64,000 nucleotides of DNA from Candidatus Hydrogenedentota bacterium. Lineage in GTDB: Bacteria; Hydrogenedentota; Hydrogenedentia; Hydrogenedentales; SLHB01. Below are positions 48,108-57,710 of this stretch, piece after piece. The DNA is taken from the NCBI GenBank assembly GCA_963668025.2, contig CAXXTH010000017.1, positions 320,001 to 384,000 on the forward strand, in the 5' to 3' direction. How positions within the stretch are numbered: position 1 is the stretch's first letter; every line of letters starts with the position of its first letter. A model generated the notes under the pieces. It was not told where the DNA came from. It saw only the letters and a program-made list of their open reading frames with translations, and searched no databases. Position numbers and translations under genes: made by a program.

Positions 48108-48342
48108 CCAACGGGCTATAGCATACCGCGTATTCCACCCGGATGGGAATAGGCGCAGGGCCCCCCTTGTTTACATTAAACAGAGCGGGAATTTCTGGGC
48201 TCCCCCCGGCCCATCCCGCTCCTTCCCGCCTATTCTTGCTTAGAAGCGCCTCACCAGCGGGTGAGGCGCTTCCCCCCAACACAAGAAACGCAAAAACAAA
48301 TTCGCAACACTACATACAGTCGGCTGAAGTAAGATCCATTTT

Positions 48343-48548
48343 TTAGACAGGATTTACAAGATGAGAGAAGATCGCAACGATTCTCTGTAAAGCTATACGA
48401 GGAAGACTCCAAACGTGTTTTTTTACGTGGCGGAATTGCCATCAAATAAAAATCTTGTCAATCCCGCAAATCCGGCCTAAAAGAATCCTCCCATGAACGG
48501 AGGTTGGCCTGGCATTCGCATTCATTCGCGTCTATTCGCGGTTCAAAA
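48343..48548. repeat. Modular palindromic intergenic element (same family as 17994-18368)
   Basis: TTAGACAGGATTTACAAGAT...ATCTTGTCAATCCCGCAAATCCGGCCTAA followed by ATTCGC units. Confidence 0.7.
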
Positions 48549-48621
48549 ATGGACTCCATGGCCCTTATGGGATACAATTCCGCCCGATAAATGCAATCGC
48601 CCCATGTCAAGGAGAAATTTC

Positions 48622-50023
48622 ATGGCTATCCGCCTATATAATACCCTTACACGCAGTAAAGAAGAATTCACGCCCGCCGAGCCGCCAAAGGTCAAGATGT
48701 ACACGTGCGGCCCGACAGTGTACAACTACGCCCATATCGGCAATCTGCGTACGTTCATGTTCGAGGATTTGCTCCGCCGCTTTCTCCAATACCGGGGCTT
48801 CGATGTCAAGCATGTCATGAACCTTACCGATGTGGAAGACAAAATCATCCGAACCTGCCGCGAGACAGGTGTCAAGCGGGAAGAGCTTACCAAGCGATTC
48901 ACACAAGCGTTCTTCGAGGATCTCGATACCTTGGGCATCAAACGCGCGGACGCCTATCCCCGCCGCCACTGAATATATTGATGAGATGGTGGCCATGATC
49001 CAGACCTTGATGCAAAAGGGCCATGCCTATGAGTCAAAGGGCAGCTACTATTTCCGGTTGAGCACCTTTCCTGAGTATGGCAAATTGAGCCATTTCGACA
49101 TCGACATGCTCGAACAAGGCGCAAGCGGCCGCGTGGACAGCGACGAATATGAAACCGACGACGTACGCGATTTCGCTCTGTGGAAGGCCTACGACGAAGA
49201 CGACGGCGCGATCTACTGGGAAACCCCGCTGGGAAAGGGCCGCCCCGGCTGGCATATCGAATGCTCCTGCATGAGCATGAAGCTGCTGGGGCCTTCGCTC
49301 GATATCCATTGCGGCGGTGTGGACAACATGTTCCCCCATCATGAAAACGAGATCGCCCAATCGGAATGCACGACAGGCCAGCCCTTCGTGCGTTATTGGC
49401 TCCACAGCGCTCATTTGCTGGTGGAGAACCGGAAGATGGCGAAATCGTCCGGCAACTTCTTCACCTTGCGCGATCTCCTCGAAAAGGGGCATGACCCCAT
49501 GGCCATTCGATGGGTGCTCCTGGCCACGCATTACCGACAGCCCAGCAATTTCACCTTTGAAGCCCTCGACGCCGCCAAGGAATCCCTGCGCCGCATCGCG
49601 GATTTCCGTGAACGCCTCTCGGGCGTCAAACAAGAAACGGGGCTTGGCCTGGCGGGCGAAATAAATGCGTGCGAAGAGGAATTCGGTGCGGCGCTGGATG
49701 ATGACCTGAACATATCCGGAGCGCTCGGCGTGGTCTTCGAATTTATCCGCAACACCAATAAACGCATGGATAACGGCGAATTGAGCGCCTCGGGCGCGCG
49801 CAACGCATTGGAATTGCTGGATCGGTTCAACGCCGTGGCGGGTGTTTTCGCGCCTGCGCGGAATGATGAAGCGCCGCAAGAAATCCTTGCGCTGGTGCGG
49901 GAACGAGGGGAAGCGCGCCGCTCCCGCAATTTCGCACGGGCCGACGCCATCCGCGATGAATTGGCGGCGCAAGGGTGGGTTATCGAAGACACGCCCGATG
50001 GCCCCCGCGTCAAACGCATCTAG
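48622..50023 (+). CDS. cysS: Cysteine--tRNA ligase with an apparent +1 frameshift near 48960 (likely sequence error)
   Basis: MYTCGPTVYNYAHIGN, DFALWK, GRPGWHIECS, FPHHENE and KMAKS motifs. TATCCCCGCC has one extra C relative to YPAATEYI. Confidence 0.93.
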
Positions 50024-50229
50024 CCATTTCCCGTGGCATGGGCGGGATCGCCATGCCACGGGAGCTAGTTTTTTCACCAATAGGTGAGAGCGATGCTGGC
50101 AACGCGGAGGGAATCTTTGCCGTGAACAGGCGGCGTTCTTAGGAATGGGCAAGAATCCCATGCTTCTAATCTGGCGATTTGGATAGGGAACCAAACGAGT
50201 CACATCGTGTTTAACTTCATGGAAGCAAG

Positions 50230-50826
50230 GTGCCAAACAGGATGAGCGGCCCGTCAGATTGGGAGCTGGTGTCGCGTGCCCGTGAAGGTAATGACGATGC
50301 CTTTGCGGAATTGGTGCGCCGCTACCAATCGCCAGTCATACACTTTTGCCAGCGCATGCTCGGGTCGTTGCAAGAAGCCGAAGACCTTGCCCAGGAAAGC
50401 TTCATGCGCGTGTATCGCTATTTGCCGCGTCTCAGGCCCGACGCTAAGTTCTCGACGGTCCTGTTCGGCATCACACGCAATCTGGCGCTCAACGCGATTC
50501 GAGACGGCAAGCGCCGGGGCCGGGGCGCTGCTGTTTCGCTCTCACAAGACGCAAACGGCGAATGGGAGCGCCCGATTCCCGATAAACGCGCACAGCCCGA
50601 TGAAGCCGCCCGGCGTATGGAAATTGAATCGTTGCTGGCGCAAGCCCTGGAGGGCTTGTCGCCAGAACATCGTGAAGTGCTCTTGTTGCGGGAATTTCAA
50701 GGCATGGACTACGAGACGATTGCCCGCATCGTCCAGACGCGCCCAGGCACGGTGAAAAGCCGGCTGGCCCGTGCGCGGGAGCAGCTTCGAGCGCGATTGA
50801 TTGCGCTCGGAGGGGAGTTGGTGTGA
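50230..50826 (+). CDS. ECF RNA polymerase sigma factor
   Basis: AFAELVRRYQ, AEDLAQESF and GTVKSRLARAR motifs. Confidence 0.93.
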   Translation: MPNRMSGPSDWELVSRAREGNDDAFAELVRRYQSPVIHFCQRMLGSLQEAEDLAQESFMRVYRYLPRLRPDAKFSTVLFGITRNLALNAIRDGKRRGRGAAVSLSQDANGEWERPIPDKRAQPDEAARRMEIESLLAQALEGLSPEHREVLLLREFQGMDYETIARIVQTRPGTVKSRLARAREQLRARLIALGGELV

Positions 50827-51461
50827 TGAACGAAAAACAGCGCAATGAATTATCGGCTTATCTAGACGGAGAGGCCTGCCCGCTCAATGACATCGAGCAA
50901 CTATTGCGGGAAGAACCGGAAGCGGCGCGGTATGTAGCGGAGTTAAAACAACTCTCGGCACGGCTGCACACTCTGCCCGCGCCGGAAATCCACCCGGCAT
51001 TCGCCACGCGCGTCATGGCGCGCGTGAAAAACGAGCGTATGGAGCATCGGCGGCCGTGGGCGCGCGTATGGCTGCCCGTGGCTGCGGCCGCGGTGTTCCT
51101 ACTTATGGCGGGAGGATATTGGCTCCAAACAGAAACCGGGCAAGGCCTGTCTGGCACTGAAGTAGTACAGCCTGCGCCCGATATGCTCGCGGAAGCCATC
51201 GAATCACGAATAGAAACGAGTGAGGATTTACCGTCCATCGAACCTCTTCTGCTCACCCCTGATGCGGACGCGGTCTTCTTGCCTCCGAGTGAACAAGAAG
51301 AGACCGTTGTGCTTGCAGCGCTTACGGATTTTTCGCCTAGCGTTCTCGATTCAACGCCGGCGGACGACTTGGAAACCATGCTAGACTCGCTGAGCGACGA
51401 GGAGTCACAAACCCTGTATGCGCTCATTGCCGAGTATGTTGGAAAGGAGGATATGTCATGA
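50826..51461 (+). CDS. Anti-sigma factor (single TM)
   Basis: LSAYLDGE N-terminus, central TM, coupled to the ECF gene. Confidence 0.8.
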   Translation: MNEKQRNELSAYLDGEACPLNDIEQLLREEPEAARYVAELKQLSARLHTLPAPEIHPAFATRVMARVKNERMEHRRPWARVWLPVAAAAVFLLMAGGYWLQTETGQGLSGTEVVQPAPDMLAEAIESRIETSEDLPSIEPLLLTPDADAVFLPPSEQEETVVLAALTDFSPSVLDSTPADDLETMLDSLSDEESQTLYALIAEYVGKEDMS

Positions 51462-52183
51462 ATCCGCACAAATGGGCTATTTTTATGATGATAGTGTTCG
51501 CCGTGGCGCCTTGGTGTGCGGCTCAGGCCGTTGATCCGCCCAACACATCCGCACCCGTTCCGGCCCCAGCCTCACCTGTTCCAGGGCCGGGCATGCCGGG
51601 CATGGCGCCCAGCGGGCCTCCGGCAGGCATGCCAGGAATTCAACCGCCCCAAGCGGCTGAAGTGCAAGATGCTTTTCCGCCGGATTGGAAAAACAAGGAC
51701 GTGCGAGAGCTGATCGAAATGGCCCGGCTCGCCAAGCTCACCCGGGAAGCCGGGCTTAATGACGAACAAACAATTCTGTTGATCCGCCGCTACGAGGAAG
51801 TTAAGGAGCAAACAGCAGCCCTTGGCAAGGAACGTGCGGAAGCCACCGCGAATTTACGCAAAGTGGTCGAGAGCAATGCCAGTGATGAAGAAGCCGAAAA
51901 AGCGCTCGAAATCCTTCGTGATGTCGACCGCCGGTTTGCTGAAATGCGGATCGGGGCCATCGAACGCTTTGGCGAAGGCCTTACTCCCATGCAGCGCGCC
52001 AAAATGTGCCTTGGCATGCAGGATTTCCGGCAAGATATGATGAAGATGATCGACCACGCCCGTGAACGCCGCCAATCCGCTGATGGCGGGAACGACAAGC
52101 GCCAAATCAACCCTACTACCTGCAGCTCGGATGGACCTGAGACGACTCCTGCTCCGGCGGCTCCCTCCACTCCCCAGCCCTAA
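51458..52183 (+). CDS. Periplasmic Spy/CpxP-like helical protein
   Basis: Signal peptide, Pro-rich region, GLNDEQ and LTPMQRAK motifs; third gene of the ECF operon. Confidence 0.6.
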   Translation: MNPHKWAIFMMIVFAVAPWCAAQAVDPPNTSAPVPAPASPVPGPGMPGMAPSGPPAGMPGIQPPQAAEVQDAFPPDWKNKDVRELIEMARLAKLTREAGLNDEQTILLIRRYEEVKEQTAALGKERAEATANLRKVVESNASDEEAEKALEILRDVDRRFAEMRIGAIERFGEGLTPMQRAKMCLGMQDFRQDMMKMIDHARERRQSADGGNDKRQINPTTCSSDGPETTPAPAAPSTPQP

Positions 52184-52193
52184 GCCGGAGGCC

Positions 52194-52236
52194 GCCCTGG
52201 GAGGCGCACCATCCCAGCCTCCCAGGGCATAGTTTT
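52194..52236 (+). terminator. Hairpin terminator after the ECF operon
   Basis: 12-bp stem GCCCTGGGAGGC/GCCTCCCAGGGC followed by ATAGTTTT. Confidence 0.6.
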
Positions 52237-52518
52237 CCGTCCCAAAAATTATCCGCTCACGATGCGGACATAATTTTTATGGCACCCTAATCCTGCCAGC
52301 GCTCACACTACGGCCTTCTCTTGAACATGCCTTATCAATCACGAAAAATACTGCATTCCAATAATAAAAAAACTGGCGAACCCGAGGATTCACAACCTCA
52401 TCAGCCAGCAACGCTGGCACTGAAGCCCCTCTCAACATAAAGAGCGCTTTTCTTGCTCTCTCTGGCGTATGCGCCAAATTGGAGCATAGAAAAACGCCCT
52501 GCACCCTATCTCTGCGAA

Positions 52519-54087
52519 TTAGCGTTTCCGTGCAGCCCTGCGAGCAGCGATAACACCCAGCCCAATACAGGCCAGCGCAATGACACATCCGCTGGCGGCA
52601 GGCAAATCACCTGCACTATCCACTTCGAGCGTATATGAAGCGCTTTGGACGCCGGTGCCATCATTGAAATATACGGTATAAACGCCGGCATCACCCGTCT
52701 CGATAGAGGTAAACGACAACGTCTGGGAATTCGTTCCCGTTACACGCGGCGCATCATCGGACAGCACCTCACCATCTTTCTCCCAGTGATAATCCGTAAC
52801 ACTGGCCGGGCCAGTCAAGGTGAGCGCTCCACCGGCAACAACCGGGTTCGCGGGATCCGCAGTGATTTCATACGCAGCGGCGACGCCTTGCGAGCCCGCC
52901 CAGGTCTCTGCGCTATTGCCGCTGCTATACGTAGCCGCTACGGAAGTATCGAGCAGTTTGTAGTTCCCTGCCGCCGCATCCACATATAGTGGATCGCTGA
53001 CGTCTAATGCGGTCCAATGCGCACCTGGATCTACGCTTGCAAACTGAAACTCACAATCCTGGAACACGTTATAGTCGTTCGTTATTGTTCCACCAACACC
53101 CCAAGGATCCCAGCAAGCGACGCCTGGATTGATTCCGTAGAAAACAGAATCGGTTAGAACCACGTTCGACTGCCCCGCTAGCATGATGCCCCGAAGGATG
53201 CCCTCAGCTCCTATGGTTTTTACAAAATCACAGTTATCGATGGTGATGTTGGGCACGACAGGGGGGCAATCACCTGGGCGAACCATCACGATGTCCGTGC
53301 CGGATGGGGGCGTGGCCTTAATGAGACACCGATTCATATTGATGTTGATCGTGGTTACCACATCCCAGAGATTAAATGTGCGAATTCCATATCCCGCATA
53401 ATGAACGATTTCACAATCATTCATCGTCAAATTTAGCGCCTCATAAGTGCCAGCAAGATAAAGGGCCATTCCTGTAGCGCTGGCTTCGATCAGGCAGTTA
53501 TTGAAGACAGCGCTGCCGCCCAAGCTGATGACACCAAAATTGTTCCCTTTGATTGTGCAGTTGTTAAAGGTGTTGGTGCTTCTATTGATTTGTCCAATTG
53601 CAGACTCAACATTTTGGCCAGGATCAAACTCGCAATTCTCGAATGTCGTATTATCGCCGAACCTGCACTCAACAATAAAAGACCAGGGTTCAGGACCATC
53701 GCCATTTTTGTCTATTGATTGAAAAATGAGGTTGCGGATGATGCAGCCATTGGGATAGCCGCCAAATGCGAGTGTACAGACGCTATCGCCTCCCCCTTCG
53801 ACAGTGTATCCTCCCTGGCCAATGATAGTAGGTCGGGGATCGAGGCTGGGCGCTCCTTCCAGCGTCACCACTTTATTAATGAGGATGGTCTCTGCGAATG
53901 GAGCGCTATTGTCGATAATGCGAATGGTGTCGCCGGCTACCGCCGCCGATAATGCATCAGTGACACTTGAATATTGGCCAAAGCCAGGCGTGTGCGTCAC
54001 TTCAAGTATGGCGGCATTTGCGGGGGCAAGTGCCAACATTCCAGCGCATAGAATCACCATGACCAAAGAAAATCGCAGAATGCTCAT
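52519..54087 (-). CDS. Secreted right-handed beta-helix protein with Ig domain and C-terminal LPAA-TM-basic tail
   Basis: Signal peptide; AVAGDTIRI and repeated (F/M)xNCx motifs; YHWEKDG...DAGVY Ig motif; GDLPAASGCVIALACIGLGVIAARRAARKR tail. Confidence 0.85.
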   Translation of the reverse strand: MSILRFSLVMVILCAGMLALAPANAAILEVTHTPGFGQYSSVTDALSAAVAGDTIRIIDNSAPFAETILINKVVTLEGAPSLDPRPTIIGQGGYTVEGGGDSVCTLAFGGYPNGCIIRNLIFQSIDKNGDGPEPWSFIVECRFGDNTTFENCEFDPGQNVESAIGQINRSTNTFNNCTIKGNNFGVISLGGSAVFNNCLIEASATGMALYLAGTYEALNLTMNDCEIVHYAGYGIRTFNLWDVVTTININMNRCLIKATPPSGTDIVMVRPGDCPPVVPNITIDNCDFVKTIGAEGILRGIMLAGQSNVVLTDSVFYGINPGVACWDPWGVGGTITNDYNVFQDCEFQFASVDPGAHWTALDVSDPLYVDAAAGNYKLLDTSVAATYSSGNSAETWAGSQGVAAAYEITADPANPVVAGGALTLTGPASVTDYHWEKDGEVLSDDAPRVTGTNSQTLSFTSIETGDAGVYTVYFNDGTGVQSASYTLEVDSAGDLPAASGCVIALACIGLGVIAARRAARKR

Positions 54088-54190
54088 GACTAAAATCCTC
54101 CCTTCCAAGTTATGGTTTCTGTGGCCTCATACATTGGTAAAGCCGTCTTCATCGAGCCTGCCCGCTCAAAGAAAATAGCAATCACCCATA

Positions 54191-54326
54191 CTTACACGTG
54201 CAAGTTAATCGTAATATACGTTAGTTCATTCTTGATGTCAAGAGGGTACTTTAGAGAATCTGAAAAAGCATCTTGACAACAGGGTTAAAATGAGATATAT
54301 TACGCCTGAGCTTACACGTGTAAGCT
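54191..54326. promoter_or_regulatory. Back-to-back twin sigma70 promoters, each followed by a palindromic operator CTTACACGTG(C/T)AAG
   Basis: Minus strand: TTGACA 54241-54236, TATATT 54218-54213, operator 54191-54204. Plus strand: TTGACA 54273-54278, TATATT 54296-54301, operator AGCTTACACGTGTAAGCT 54309-54326. Confidence 0.85.
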
Positions 54327-54611
54327 GATTGTCGATGCGTTTTGACAGAAGAGAGAACTCGTTAAAAGGGACCTAACTTGCACCAATGCCGCTTTTTTGA
54401 ATGCTTAGATTTATTCTAAGTATGCCGAAGTTTTTTGTTTATCGATATGTTACGGATCCTTATTGCGTTTGCAGAATACCTATCTTACATATAGGCCCGT
54501 AGGAGAGGAAAATTGCTTGCTTCGTAACGTCAGATTTCGTGCGTCATTATGTCTCGAAGAAATTTTGAATAATAGGAATGAGGGGGCATTTTAAATATAG
54601 GAGGAAATGGT

Positions 54612-55703
54612 ATGCGCCAAAATAGCACTAAACACAGCAGTGGTTTCACGTTAATTGAGTTGCTTGTGGTAATTGCGATCATCGCGATTCTAGCAGCCAT
54701 ATTACTGCCTGCGCTCGCACGAGCGCGGGAAGCCGCACGGCGGGCAAGCTGCCAATCCAATCTGAAACAATGGGGCATTATTTTCAAGATGTATGCCGGG
54801 GAGAACAAGAGCGGGTATTTCCCTCCCAAACAGCAATATAGTAATTATGACTGGTTCATTCCGATGGGTGTTGGCGCGCATGAATTGTTTCCCGACTACT
54901 GGAATGACGCCAGCATCGTAGTATGCCCTTCCGACCCGAGGGGTGTCGGCAACAACCCGTTGGCCACCGGCGCTTCCGAGTACTTTTATATGCCGGAAGA
55001 TATCGGCGAGGCAGTGCGAAATGTTGACACCAGCGTGAATCCTGAAGTGGCTAAGGTTTGCCAAATGACCTTGTTGTCCAATCCCACTTCTTATCTCTAC
55101 ACGCCATGGGCCGTACAGACAATGGCGCAATTGTTTGACATCATGTGGCTCGAAGCAGGATGGGCCGGTGTCTACAAAGAAGTGACCGGTGAAACCTATC
55201 CATATCGGGTAGCCTTGTGGCCAGGAGGGGCTGGTAGCGTCGTAGAAAAAGTAGGATGCCCCGCTACATGGCTCTTCATCAATTACTTGCCCTACATAGG
55301 TGAAAAAGATATCACCTCCGACTGGCTCGCCATTGGCGGCTACCGCAATAACCGCGCCAGTGCCGATGAAGATGGCGCTGCACTTCCCTCCCAATATTAT
55401 AAGCTGCGCGAAGGGATTGAGCGGTTTTTCATCACGGATATCAACAATCCCGCGTCAGGCAGCATCGCCCAAAGCCAGTTGCCCGTCATGTGGGACGCAT
55501 GGTCTGAAAATGAGAACACCGCCAATGACTCCGCTATTGTATATTTCAACCATGTGCCCGGCGGAAGTAATGTTCTTTATGTGGATGGACACGTCGAGTT
55601 CGTGCGTTTCGGCTCAAAATTCCCGATACATGTGCCAGAGGACGGAATTTCCATACTCGAAGATTGCCCTGGACGGTTGAACCTATTCGGAGGCTGGGGT
55701 TGA
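54612..55703 (+). CDS. DUF1559 prepilin-type N-terminal cleavage/methylation protein with H-X9-DG motif
   Basis: [43 protein letters not shown]; [17 protein letters not shown]; [16 protein letters not shown]. Confidence 0.93.
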   Translation: MRQNSTKHSSGFTLIELLVVIAIIAILAAILLPALARAREAARRASCQSNLKQWGIIFKMYAGENKSGYFPPKQQYSNYDWFIPMGVGAHELFPDYWNDASIVVCPSDPRGVGNNPLATGASEYFYMPEDIGEAVRNVDTSVNPEVAKVCQMTLLSNPTSYLYTPWAVQTMAQLFDIMWLEAGWAGVYKEVTGETYPYRVALWPGGAGSVVEKVGCPATWLFINYLPYIGEKDITSDWLAIGGYRNNRASADEDGAALPSQYYKLREGIERFFITDINNPASGSIAQSQLPVMWDAWSENENTANDSAIVYFNHVPGGSNVLYVDGHVEFVRFGSKFPIHVPEDGISILEDCPGRLNLFGGWG

Positions 55704-55923
55704 AAACAGGAGGAAATCCGCCTCGTGTTCCCGTACTCGTAGCATCCATGATATAGCAACACTCGTGGACAAGCATGGCCCTCCTTCCAAAGTCTTTTCG
55801 CATGCTTTGGATGTGGCCGCTTGTCCACTCTGTTCATCTTGAAATATATAAACCAGATGAGACTGAAAAAACATCTCATGAATATAGTAGAATGCTTTGG
55901 CTTTCTTTCATATGGGGAATCTT

Positions 55924-56859
55924 ATGAACGCACCAGCCATTGGCATTATTATCCCGAATTGGAACCGATGCGCCGATACGCTCGAGTGCCTGGATTCGTT
56001 GAGGCTGAGCGCATATCCGCATAGCCAAACCGGCATTTTCGTGAGCGACAACGGCTCGACGGATGGCTCCCTCTCCGCGATACGAGAACGATTCGATGAC
56101 ATGCGCACCCAAAAATGGCGCGAACTGGTTCTTATTGAGAATGGGCGCAACGCCGGATTCGCCGGAGCCGTCAACGCGGCTTATGTCCGCATGGGGCCTG
56201 ATTACGAGTTTATCTTTCTAACGAATAACGATGTGGCGTTCCGGCCGAATACGTTGCAGTGGTTGCTTGACGCCATGCAGCCGGATGATTCCATCGGCAT
56301 TGCAGGCGCGAAAGTGCTGTCATACCGCCATCCTGAAACGCTCGCCCACGGCGCGGGTTATATCCGGCCTTTCTTGTGCGGCACGCGCTCCGTGGATGCT
56401 CCTGAAGCATGCGTTTGTGATTTCGTAACGGGCTGCGCCTTGTGCGTCCGGCGGGCCGTAATCGAACGGCTCGGCGGCTTGCTCGACGAGGAGTATTTCG
56501 CTTATTGGGAAGACACGGACCTGTGCGCGCGGGCGCGGGAAGCCGGTTTCCGTGTGGCCTATTGCCCGGACGCTGAGATACTCCATAAAATCAGCGCTTC
56601 AACGTCCTCCGGTTCCACCCGGCTAACCGCACCCTCCAAGGCTTACCTGGAAACCTTCGGCAAAATGCGTTATGCCCGAAAGCATCTTCCTCTATGGGAA
56701 CGGGCCGTATTTCATGCCCTTTTCGCGATACGGATTCCCTGCTTTATTGCGAGGGCTTTTATATGCGCTCCCCGCCAAGCCTCGCCCGCCGTGCGCGCAT
56801 ATCTGAAGGCGGTCATAGACGGCTGGCGCGGCGGCGCGGGCGGGCCTTATGCGGAATAA
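55924..56859 (+). CDS. Glycosyltransferase family 2
   Basis: IIPNWN, DNGSTDGS, NAGFA, NND and YWEDTDLC motifs. Confidence 0.9.
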   Translation: MNAPAIGIIIPNWNRCADTLECLDSLRLSAYPHSQTGIFVSDNGSTDGSLSAIRERFDDMRTQKWRELVLIENGRNAGFAGAVNAAYVRMGPDYEFIFLTNNDVAFRPNTLQWLLDAMQPDDSIGIAGAKVLSYRHPETLAHGAGYIRPFLCGTRSVDAPEACVCDFVTGCALCVRRAVIERLGGLLDEEYFAYWEDTDLCARAREAGFRVAYCPDAEILHKISASTSSGSTRLTAPSKAYLETFGKMRYARKHLPLWERAVFHALFAIRIPCFIARAFICAPRQASPAVRAYLKAVIDGWRGGAGGPYAE

Positions 56860-56981
56860 GCAAAACCATTTCATCCAAAATGCCGTCCAAACAATGTATA
56901 CGGAAATAGGCAACGGCATATTGGCATCACGCTAGAAATTTTACTATCCTTAGAATCGTTAGAAACGGAGGAGGATTCGCC

Positions 56982-57635
56982 ATGCCAAACACGGCCCCAA
57001 AAATAGAGATGGTGAGCTACAACGCGTTTGCGAAATTGGTGGCGGTGGCGGTTATTTGTGCTGTATCCCTATCGATTCTTGCAGGCGTGCTCGTCTTCGC
57101 TTTGGCGGGCGGATTTGATCGATTTGAAGACCAAGCGCGATACCGCTCGCCGCAAGGCAATGCGCCTCTTGCGCCCAGCGGCGCCTCGATTGCCGTAGCG
57201 GGCCATACCGTTTATGCGCCCGCATACTCCCACATCTATGTCCAGGAAGGCAGCGCCTACCGGCTGGCGGTGACGCTCAGCATTCGGAATACAGACACGA
57301 ATAATCCTATTTTTATAAATTCCGTCATTTACTACAATAGTGAAGGTGCGATGCTTCGCACCTATCTGGATAAACGGCTCGAACTCGCTCCGTTCGCCGC
57401 CGCGGAATTTTTCGTTCCCGAAACAGACACCCAAGGCGGTTCTGGGGCCAGCTTTCTCGTGAAGTGGGACGCCCCCACTTCGGTGAATCCGCCATTAATC
57501 GAATCCGTAATGATTGGCACAAACGGCCAGCAAGGCATCTCGTTTGTATGCACGGGCGTAGTGGCCGATGAAAAACGTCCAACGGACCAGCCTGCGGAAA
57601 CAACCGCCGAAAACTCTCCACAACCTGCGTCATGA
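56982..57635 (+). CDS. DUF3124 family protein
   Basis: VYAPAYSHIY, TLSIRNTD, GGSGASFLV.W, P.IESVM and GISF motifs. Confidence 0.85.
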   Translation: MPNTAPKIEMVSYNAFAKLVAVAVICAVSLSILAGVLVFALAGGFDRFEDQARYRSPQGNAPLAPSGASIAVAGHTVYAPAYSHIYVQEGSAYRLAVTLSIRNTDTNNPIFINSVIYYNSEGAMLRTYLDKRLELAPFAAAEFFVPETDTQGGSGASFLVKWDAPTSVNPPLIESVMIGTNGQQGISFVCTGVVADEKRPTDQPAETTAENSPQPAS

Positions 57636-57710
57636 GCGTTGGCATGCGTGGCATCTTACGTGGCCCATGCCTGTTTTTAGTTCTGAGTTTGTAACGCACA
57701 GGGCCTTTTT

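Noticed and set aside
48243-48272. 13-bp perfect hairpin between the MscS gene and cysS
   Set aside because: It lies between divergent genes, has no U-tract and has no second copy in the window; no function can be supported.
48955-48965. Frameshift in cysS as programmed recoding or pseudogene
   Set aside because: One extra C in a C-run of an essential gene is most simply a homopolymer sequencing error. It also warns that other single-base frameshifts here may be artefacts.
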